The notes below the pieces were generated by a model that saw only the letters and a program-made list of their open reading frames with translations, did no database searches and was not told the origin of the DNA. From Bacillota bacterium (GTDB taxonomy: Bacteria > Bacillota > Clostridia > Christensenellales > CAG-138): DNA of 64,000 nucleotides. Each line of letters starts with the position of its first letter. The first letter of the stretch is position 1. Below are positions 36,854 through 44,332 of this stretch, piece by piece. The DNA is taken from the NCBI GenBank assembly GCA_023390655.1, contig JAEWCL010000026.1:60763-124762 (forward strand), read 5' to 3'. A program made the translations under genes and the position numbers.

Positions 36854-39067
36854 ATGATACAGCGCCTTAGCTTACGCATACTCTCCCTTTTCATGCTCGT
36901 TTTCATATTGCTTACGGGTGTCTTTGCGTGTGCAAAGCCGTTAGAACAGACGCCGGTTGAAGATGAGGCTCTCACTGGCGTCATCAGGACGGCCTTAGAA
37001 GGCGCGCAGCAGGCGGAGCTCCTTGACTCCGTGCCTACGCTTCAAAAATCCATTTCGCTTTCCTTCTTAGGCACAGCCGATGAAGCGACGATGGACAGGC
37101 TGCTTGCCCTGTTAGACGCTTATAACGTCCGCGCAACATTTTTCCTCCCCGCGATTTCCGTTGCGGAGCACCCTGCCACCGCTAAAGCAATTGCGGCGGC
37201 AGGGCATAGCCTTGGCAATTATGCGCTCAGCGGCGGAGAAGACCTGTCTCCCCTCTCCATTGAAGATGCCGCGCGCAAGCTTTCCCATGCCCAGAACATC
37301 CTTTCCGGCGTCAATCAGGAGAACCCTTCCCTGTTCGTCACAGGGGGCACACACTATACGCCCGCCGTACTGCAGACCGCCAAGGCCTGTGGCCTTTCCT
37401 ATGCCATGCGCCCCACCGCATACCTGAATTACATGAGTTTCTCCTCGCCGGGTCAGGCACAGATGTTTGCCTCGTTTACGGATTATGGCTCCCTCATTGC
37501 ATTCAAAATTGGCCAGCAGCTTACAGAAGACGAGCTTGCCTATCAGGACGAAGAAGTGATTGAGCCCGCGGAAGACCCTGCGCCCTCTGCGTCCGCAGCG
37601 CCTGCTCCTATCGTATTGCCGGAAGACTCCAATGAACGGATGCTGCTGATTTTAGACTGGCTCTTAAGCGCCTATACAACCAGCGGTTATACGTTTTTAC
37701 AGCCGGAAGAGCTTCTTGCACAGTCTGAAACCAGTTTAGCAAAGGTATTCCTTCCCGAAGACGCGCCCGTTGCGACGCCCGCAAGTGTCATCAAAAACGC
37801 GGCCACCACGCAAAAGGCTGTCTCCCTGACCTTCCAGTCCCTGTGCGAAGATGCCAAAGTGGAGGAGCTGCTTCGCATGCTCAAGGAACGCGCCATCAAG
37901 GCCACGTTCTTTGTCACGGGGGAAGATGCCGTCACACGAAAAGCCCTTATTCAGAAAATTGCACTTGAAGGCCATGAGGTGGAGAGCGGCGGTTTCTTTG
38001 CAAAAAGCCTGAACAGCACCTCTTATACGGAAGCCTGCAAATCCCTGTTTACCAGCATGGCCGCTATCAAAAAGGCTACCGGCAAAGCTCCCGGGTTTTA
38101 CCGCCCGCCGCACGGGGACGTCAATGAAACGCTGCAAAAGGCCGGTAAGGCTGTAGGCCTCACGCCGATCCTCTACAACAAATACCCGCCCATACAGAAG
38201 GAGCAGACCGCGAAGGAAGTGCTTGCGTATTTCTCCAAAGGGTTCCACCGCGGGGATATCATTACGCTGCATATGGATGAATACCGCGATCTGAATGAAA
38301 TTGTAGGCGGTATTGCGGATATCGTATTTGATACCGGTTATGGGTTTGCACCGCTTTCAGAGCTCTACGCCAACCAGTATGAGGTCAAGCCTCTTACAGA
38401 AATCGAGGGCTGGGACAATATCCGCATCAACAAGGATTACGATCCGAACGCCCCTATTAAAGGACGCAGTTTGAGCCGGGTTCCCGTCAAAGGAAAGGTC
38501 ATGTTCCTCACATTTGACGATTGGGGCGGCGATAAGCAGATCACGAGGATTTTGGATACGCTCGACAAGTATGGCGTAAAGGCAAGCTTCTTTTTGCGGG
38601 GCGCAGGGTTAGTCAACAACCCCAACCTTGCGCGCGCCATCTCGGAAGCCGGGCACGATGTATGCAACCATACCTACACGCATTCCATCATCAATACGCT
38701 TACGGCGGACGAACTGCAGGAAGACGTTTTAAAATGCCAGCAGGCGATGACAGAAGCAATCGGCCGCGCGCCGGAGCCGTACTTCAGGCCGCCTACGCTC
38801 ACCTACGACACGCCTACCACCAACGCTGTACTGGCCTGCGGGATGGAATACTCGCTTTTAAGCAATGTCAGCACCCAGGATTATGAGCGGCCCGCGGACA
38901 AGGTCATCTCCTATGCCGTCCAAAATGCCGGCCCGGGCGAAATGGTGGTGCTGCACCTGACGGACAACTCCAGCAGCGCGGACGCCTTATCTACCATTAT
39001 TGAGAAGTTAAGCGCCATGGGATATACGCTTGATAAATTGAGCAACCATCTGCCGAAGCTCCGATAA
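36854..39067 (+). CDS. secreted or lipoprotein polysaccharide deacetylase with three NodB-homology repeats (only the third has an intact catalytic motif set)
   Basis: 737 aa with a signal peptide and Cys26 (GVFAC). Repeat 3 carries TFDDWGG, HTYTH, FRPP and VVLHL. Repeats 1 (SFLGTAD, GNYALS) and 2 (TFQSLCED, HEVESGG, YRPPHG, ITLHM) lack the Asp-Asp / His-His ligands. Confidence 0.75.
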   Translation: MIQRLSLRILSLFMLVFILLTGVFACAKPLEQTPVEDEALTGVIRTALEGAQQAELLDSVPTLQKSISLSFLGTADEATMDRLLALLDAYNVRATFFLPAISVAEHPATAKAIAAAGHSLGNYALSGGEDLSPLSIEDAARKLSHAQNILSGVNQENPSLFVTGGTHYTPAVLQTAKACGLSYAMRPTAYLNYMSFSSPGQAQMFASFTDYGSLIAFKIGQQLTEDELAYQDEEVIEPAEDPAPSASAAPAPIVLPEDSNERMLLILDWLLSAYTTSGYTFLQPEELLAQSETSLAKVFLPEDAPVATPASVIKNAATTQKAVSLTFQSLCEDAKVEELLRMLKERAIKATFFVTGEDAVTRKALIQKIALEGHEVESGGFFAKSLNSTSYTEACKSLFTSMAAIKKATGKAPGFYRPPHGDVNETLQKAGKAVGLTPILYNKYPPIQKEQTAKEVLAYFSKGFHRGDIITLHMDEYRDLNEIVGGIADIVFDTGYGFAPLSELYANQYEVKPLTEIEGWDNIRINKDYDPNAPIKGRSLSRVPVKGKVMFLTFDDWGGDKQITRILDTLDKYGVKASFFLRGAGLVNNPNLARAISEAGHDVCNHTYTHSIINTLTADELQEDVLKCQQAMTEAIGRAPEPYFRPPTLTYDTPTTNAVLACGMEYSLLSNVSTQDYERPADKVISYAVQNAGPGEMVVLHLTDNSSSADALSTIIEKLSAMGYTLDKLSNHLPKLR

Positions 39068-39101
39068 CGGCAGTTTCGGCTGGGCACAGAAGGGAATCGT
39101 T

Positions 39102-40955
39102 TTGAAGAAAACCGCACCGAAGCAGGATGTATTTGCAAAGCCGAAAGCGGACCGCCGCCTGTTCGTGCATGTCCCCGACCCGGAGGGCATACGCGTTGTC
39201 GGCGACCGGCGGCTTCAAACACAAAGCGAAAAAAAGTCCAACAAGGCGACGGCGGGCTATGCGCCCGGCCTGCGTTTTGAGGGCGGTTTTCCTGTAGAAG
39301 CGGTCGTAAAAGGCAAGCATACCTTCCGCCTCCACGGAACATGCGTCGATATTTCCCAAAGCGGCATTCTGATTGCGTTTACTTCTTCTGAGGACGTAGC
39401 GCGCCTCAAGGCCGCGTCTTCTATTGTGCTGCGCTTCCGCATTCCGCCCGGCGTATTGCCCGAAGGCATGGAGTCAAAGGTGAAGATCAAGGCGGACTAT
39501 GTGCGCGATGTTGCGCTAGAAAATGCATATGGCTGCGGGTTCAAGTTCAGCATGCCGCTTGAATCCTATGTGGAGCGCTATAAGGACCGCTCGGCGCTCA
39601 CGATGTCCGCCATCATGCTGTTCTTCGTATCGCTCATCATCGTGCTCATGCGCGCGGAAAGCTTGCTATACTTCCGCTTTAACCAGCTGCTTTATCTCTA
39701 CAGCATTATGGCGGCCGTGTTCCTCTTATCCCGCTATTTCTTTGGCGCGCTCTACAGACCGATGCCCATAGACCCTTCGTTTACGCCGGGTGTGAGTATT
39801 GTTATCCCATGCTTTAATGAAGAGGAATGGATTGCGCGCACCATCCGCTGCTGTGTGGACCAGGATTACCCGGTCGATAAACTCGAGGTCATCGTCGTCA
39901 ACGATTGTTCCACGGACAATTCGGAGATGGAGATCCTCAACATGCTCGCGCGGCTCTATAAAGAATCCTCCCGTTACCTGACAAAGGAGCGCATCAAGTA
40001 CATCAGGCCCAAACAGAACGGCGGCAAACGCGAGGCCCTTGCGCTTGGCGCACGCCACGCGACGCATGAGCTGCTGGTGTTCGTAGACTCGGACAGCTTC
40101 CTCGCGCACGACGCCATCAAAAACCTTGTCCAGCCCTTCCGCGATCCAAAGATCGGCGGGGTTTCGGGCCGTACGGACGTTGCCAACACCTACACCAACG
40201 GCGCTACCAAGATGCAGGCCGTGCGCTATTACATCGCTTTCCGGATTATGAAGGCAGCGGAAGCGTATTTTGACGCCGTCACCTGCCTGTCTGGCCCCCT
40301 GGCCTGCTACCGCAGGGACATTGTGATGGAGCATATGGACGAATGGCTGGGCCAGCAGTTTTTAGGGCAGCGGGCAACGTTTGGCGACGACAGGAGCCTG
40401 ACCAATTTCGTGCTGCGCAAGCACCGCACGGCCTACCAGGATACCGCTATCTGCGCCACCATCGTACCCAATACGCATCAGTCGCTCTTAAAGCAGCAGA
40501 TGCGCTGGAAGCGTTCGTGGCTGCGGGAATCCATCATCGCGGGGCGGTTTATGTGGAAGAAGGAACCATTTATGTCCCTGTTTTTCTACATTGGGCTTTT
40601 GACGCCCGTGCTTGCGCCTGTGGTTGTGGTGTATAATCTCATCTATGTACCCATTGCGTACGGCATTTTCCCGCTGACGTTTATGATGGGCCTGCTGCTG
40701 ATGTCCCTGATGATGAGTTTTGCGCAGCTGTTTTTCCGCAAAAGCTCCATCTGGTTCTACGGCTTTTTGTTCTGCATCTACTATGAGTTTGTGCTCCTCT
40801 GGCAGATGCCCATCGCCTGGTTCACGTTCTGGAAATCCACGTGGGGTACCCGCATGACGCCGGCGGACGTCAAAGCGCAGCAGCGCCGGGAACGGCGTGC
40901 AGGGCGCATGGCCGAAAAAGCGAAAAAGCGCGCGGAAAAGGAGCTGAGCACATGA
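39102..40955 (+). CDS. processive family-2 glycosyltransferase (class I hyaluronan-synthase/NodC-like) with N-terminal PilZ-like domain
   Basis: TTG start at 39102, 617 aa. GT2 core IVIPCFNEE, VVNDCSTD, FVDSDS, SGPLACYRR, GDDRSLTN, QQMRWKRSWLRES, about 6 TM helices, C-terminal WGTR. The N-terminal ~160 aa are beta-rich with DISQSG (DxSxxG). Confidence 0.75.
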   Translation: MKKTAPKQDVFAKPKADRRLFVHVPDPEGIRVVGDRRLQTQSEKKSNKATAGYAPGLRFEGGFPVEAVVKGKHTFRLHGTCVDISQSGILIAFTSSEDVARLKAASSIVLRFRIPPGVLPEGMESKVKIKADYVRDVALENAYGCGFKFSMPLESYVERYKDRSALTMSAIMLFFVSLIIVLMRAESLLYFRFNQLLYLYSIMAAVFLLSRYFFGALYRPMPIDPSFTPGVSIVIPCFNEEEWIARTIRCCVDQDYPVDKLEVIVVNDCSTDNSEMEILNMLARLYKESSRYLTKERIKYIRPKQNGGKREALALGARHATHELLVFVDSDSFLAHDAIKNLVQPFRDPKIGGVSGRTDVANTYTNGATKMQAVRYYIAFRIMKAAEAYFDAVTCLSGPLACYRRDIVMEHMDEWLGQQFLGQRATFGDDRSLTNFVLRKHRTAYQDTAICATIVPNTHQSLLKQQMRWKRSWLRESIIAGRFMWKKEPFMSLFFYIGLLTPVLAPVVVVYNLIYVPIAYGIFPLTFMMGLLLMSLMMSFAQLFFRKSSIWFYGFLFCIYYEFVLLWQMPIAWFTFWKSTWGTRMTPADVKAQQRRERRAGRMAEKAKKRAEKELST

Positions 40956-42814
40956 GCAGGCCAGCCGATCCTTATATAAAGAAGCATAACAGACGCAAGC
41001 GGGTCCGCGCGGTATTCGAATGCGTCATTCTGCTGTTTGCGGCTTTCTTTCTTGTGCGCGCGTTCATGCAGGTCAAACAGTATACGCCCCCCGCTTCCGT
41101 TTCCATGAGTGCGACGACGGCGCCGGGATTTGTGGCACTTTCCTACTTTGGCGTGGAGCGCTACGACAGTTCCGATACGCTCATCAATCTCGATAGGCTC
41201 AAGGCGCATATTTCGGCACTCAAAAATTCCGGCTACATAACGGTCACGGAGCAGGAGATCATCGATTATTACAAGGAAGGCAAGCCGCTTCCCGAACGGG
41301 CACTGTTCCTGATGTTTGAAGACGGCCGCAGGGATACGGCGATTTTTACCCAGGAGGCGCTCGAAGATTACGATTACCGCGCCATGATGTTTTCCTACGC
41401 GGATAAATTTGAAAAGCGGGACAACAAGTTTTTAAACGCACAGGACCTTCTTGCCCTCAAAAAAGGAACCTACTGGGAGCTTGGCGCCAACGGCTACCGG
41501 CTTTCCTACATCAATGTGTTCGACCGGTATGAAAACTACATCGGGCACCTGGATAGCGTACAGTTTACGCTGCTTTCCCAATACCTCCGGCGCAACTATG
41601 ACCATTACCTGATGGACTTTTTGCGCGATGAGGACGGCCTGCCGCAGGAAAGCTACGAGGAGATGCTTACGCGCATCGACGCGGATTATACAAAAATGCG
41701 GGACGTCTACACAAACGGGCTTGGCTACCTGCCCCAGGTTTATAGCCTGATGCACGCGAACTCAAAGGCGGGCTACGGCACGCATGCGCTGACAAGCGCA
41801 GAAAATGAAAAAAATATCCGCGCGCTGTTCACGCTCTGTTTTAACCGCGAGGGGGACAGCCTGAATCAAGCCGATACCCCCGTCTATGATCTGACCCGCA
41901 TGCAGCCGCAGGCGCACTGGCAGACAAACCACCTGTTGATGCGCTTGTGGGACGATACCGGAAACGCGATGGCGTTTGTAGAGGGCGACGCACAGCAGGC
42001 AACTAAGTGGACGCTCCATACGGGCGCTGCGGAGTATCAAAAGAATCGCATCCTCCTGACCACCCTGCCCTCGGGCTCCGGGCGCATTGTAAACAACGCC
42101 GTGCGGGAAGCGGATATAAGCCTAAGTGCAACGCTCAAAGGCAATCTCTATGGCGCGCAGGGCGTTTATCTGCGCGCGGACGAGGCGCTTTCCTCCTACG
42201 TGTATGTCGGCATTCAGGATAAGACCCTGGAAGTCAGCGAGGCTGTCGGCGGGCATGTGACGGTCCTTGCAACGATCGATCTGTTTGACTTCTTCCATGA
42301 AGCAGAGCGCACCGTAGCGGAGGATGAAGCGCAGAGCCTGCTTGCAGCGAAAGACGTTACCGCGCAAAGCCAGCTTGATGCCGCAATTAACGCGAAGCTG
42401 CAGCAGCGCGCACAGGCGCTCACAGGCAATGCCGCAAGCGCCTCCTCTTTCTCTGGCGAAGCCTACCGCCCTGAAACCGATCTTTCGGATTCCGGCTTGT
42501 ACAAGCTGCATGTAACGCTCAAAGGCGACACGCTGGCTGTTGCCATCAACGGCACGACCGTGCTTGGCGGGCAGGCGGTGCATGTGTTATCGCCCGGCGC
42601 TGTGGCGCTCGAGGCCGCCATGTCCCACGGGAATTTCAGCCAGCGCAACCTGTTTGACGATGTGTATGACGGCGTGTTTGAGGATGTGTCGGTGACGAGC
42701 GCGGACGGTGCGCGCGTATTGTATACCAACCGCCTGAGCGAGAAGGAAGCGCTGCTTGCCGATGCCAAACGCATTTGGGAAGACGTGATCAACTGGTTCA
42801 TCAACGTATTTTAA
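40952..42814 (+). CDS. membrane-anchored NodB/PgaB-like protein with C-terminal beta-sandwich-like domain
   Basis: The ATG at 40952 overlaps the synthase stop (ATGA). The product is 620 aa with an N-terminal TM (VILLFAAFFLVRAF). The deacetylase-like segment is ALFLMFEDGRRDT (TFDDG becomes MFEDG). The C-terminal 250 aa are beta-rich. Confidence 0.55.
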   Translation: MSRPADPYIKKHNRRKRVRAVFECVILLFAAFFLVRAFMQVKQYTPPASVSMSATTAPGFVALSYFGVERYDSSDTLINLDRLKAHISALKNSGYITVTEQEIIDYYKEGKPLPERALFLMFEDGRRDTAIFTQEALEDYDYRAMMFSYADKFEKRDNKFLNAQDLLALKKGTYWELGANGYRLSYINVFDRYENYIGHLDSVQFTLLSQYLRRNYDHYLMDFLRDEDGLPQESYEEMLTRIDADYTKMRDVYTNGLGYLPQVYSLMHANSKAGYGTHALTSAENEKNIRALFTLCFNREGDSLNQADTPVYDLTRMQPQAHWQTNHLLMRLWDDTGNAMAFVEGDAQQATKWTLHTGAAEYQKNRILLTTLPSGSGRIVNNAVREADISLSATLKGNLYGAQGVYLRADEALSSYVYVGIQDKTLEVSEAVGGHVTVLATIDLFDFFHEAERTVAEDEAQSLLAAKDVTAQSQLDAAINAKLQQRAQALTGNAASASSFSGEAYRPETDLSDSGLYKLHVTLKGDTLAVAINGTTVLGGQAVHVLSPGAVALEAAMSHGNFSQRNLFDDVYDGVFEDVSVTSADGARVLYTNRLSEKEALLADAKRIWEDVINWFINVF

Positions 42815-42871
42815 CGCAAGGATTGATAAACCCGGAACAAGGATGTACTTCTGATAGAGGGGAACTACTCT

Positions 42872-43987
42872 ATGCATACTGGATACCGCGGGAGTCTGCG
42901 TTTTTTGATTTCCATTTTCATCCTGTCCATGTTATTGCTGGGGTGCACTGCGCCTGAGTTTATAACCCATACCCCAGCGCCCGTACCCGCGCTTTCCCCT
43001 GCGCCGGTGCAGTCTGCGCCCGTTCCGGAGGTTATGCCTGAAGCAGCGCCGCTTCCTCTTTCCGCATGGGGCGTGTATTGGGACAGTGAACCCGCTGTAA
43101 AGGAGCTGGAGATCCTCTCCCCTTCTCTAAACAGCATCAGCGCCTTTTCCATGCTGTTTGACGCGCAGGATGGAATGTACCTGCCGGACCAGACAATTGC
43201 CCTCATTCGGCAGTTGCAAGAATCTTTTGGAGAAACGAAGGAAATTTACCTCACGTTTGTCAATGATATTGCGTTGGAGGACGGCAGCTTTTCCCTCAAG
43301 GACGTCGGCCTGCTCGAGCGGATTTTTGCAAGCGATCAAGCGATGGAGGCGCATATTGCGGATATGGTCGCTCTCACACAGGCTGCCGGGTGCGGCGGCA
43401 TCGAGCTTGACTATGAGGCCGTTAAACGCAACGCTGCGCTCTGGGAGCCGTATGGCCGGTTTATTGAAAAGCTGTATGCCCGCGCAGGCGAGGCAAACTT
43501 AATGTTGCGCGTGGTGCTTGAACCTGCTTCGCTTGGAAAGGTTGCATATCCAAACGGCCCCGCGTATGTGGTGATGTGCTACAACCTCTACGGCTCGCAC
43601 AGCGGCCCCGGCCCCAAGGCGGATGCGGATTTCATCCGCGGGCTCGCGCAAAAAAGCAGCGGCATTTCGAATACTGTGTTCGCCTTTGCCACCGGCGGAT
43701 TTGACTGGGACAAGGTTGAGACTGCCCGGCAATTGACGCAGTCGGAAGCGGAAGCGCTCGCAAAGCGCGTCGGCGCAACGACCGCGCGTGACGCGGCAAG
43801 CGGCGCGATGCAGTTTACCTACAAGGAAAACAATGCCCCGCACACCGTCTGGTATGCGGATGGGGAAACGCTTGCCCTTTGGATGCATACCGCGCGCGAA
43901 GCGGGTATCACGGACTTTGCCCTCTGGCGTACAGGCGGCAATACGGAGGACGCGCTCAAACACGTCCTGGAGGCCGCACAGCCATAG
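42872..43987 (+). CDS. GH18-like (chitinase-fold) lipoprotein
   Basis: 371 aa with lipobox LLLGC and a Pro/Ala linker. The GH18 DxxDxDxE region is present as GCGGIELDYE, with the terminal Glu retained. Confidence 0.6.
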   Translation: MHTGYRGSLRFLISIFILSMLLLGCTAPEFITHTPAPVPALSPAPVQSAPVPEVMPEAAPLPLSAWGVYWDSEPAVKELEILSPSLNSISAFSMLFDAQDGMYLPDQTIALIRQLQESFGETKEIYLTFVNDIALEDGSFSLKDVGLLERIFASDQAMEAHIADMVALTQAAGCGGIELDYEAVKRNAALWEPYGRFIEKLYARAGEANLMLRVVLEPASLGKVAYPNGPAYVVMCYNLYGSHSGPGPKADADFIRGLAQKSSGISNTVFAFATGGFDWDKVETARQLTQSEAEALAKRVGATTARDAASGAMQFTYKENNAPHTVWYADGETLALWMHTAREAGITDFALWRTGGNTEDALKHVLEAAQP

Positions 43988-44276
43988 CGGCATCGCAGCT
44001 TTATAAGGTATTGACGTTTTAAAGTGTAATATTGTTTTTCTGATTCTAGAGAGACTTCGGGTTCCCGTCCATTTCCCAAGAATTTCGTTCTTAAGGGGGC
44101 GCGGGGAGGATAAGCCGAACGCTGCCTGTGGCGGATACAGTGAGGCGGCGTCCCAGTAAGCAAGGGAGCATTAGGAGAGGCTTTGCCGAGACGCAATGCG
44201 ACCATTGCGAACCGTAAGCCCTCCCGCTATTAAATAAAATAAATTACCGTCGCCACCATAGGTGGCGATACCTTGT

Positions 44277-44322
44277 GAAAAAACGCAGGCCGGCTCGTTT
44301 TCGAACCGGCCCACCTTTTTTA
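44277..44322. terminator. bidirectional intrinsic terminator (thrS on minus; EPS locus or intergenic transcript on plus)
   Basis: GAAAAAAC-GCAGGCCGGCTCGTTTTCGAACCGGCCCACC-TTTTTT. Confidence 0.75.
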
Positions 44323-44332
44323 TGTAATTAAT

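Noticed and set aside
44040-44280. Possible identity of the structured intergenic region as a known RNA (guanidine/ykkC riboswitch, SRP RNA, 6S RNA, tmRNA, c-di-GMP riboswitch)
   Set aside because: Fragments such as CTAGAGAGA...GGGTTCCCG and GGAGGATAAGCC superficially recall ykkC, but the order and spacing are wrong. No SRP domain IV (GGAAGCAGCC), tmRNA ends or GEMM core strings were found. No downstream gene exists for a riboswitch. It is kept only as an unclassified candidate.
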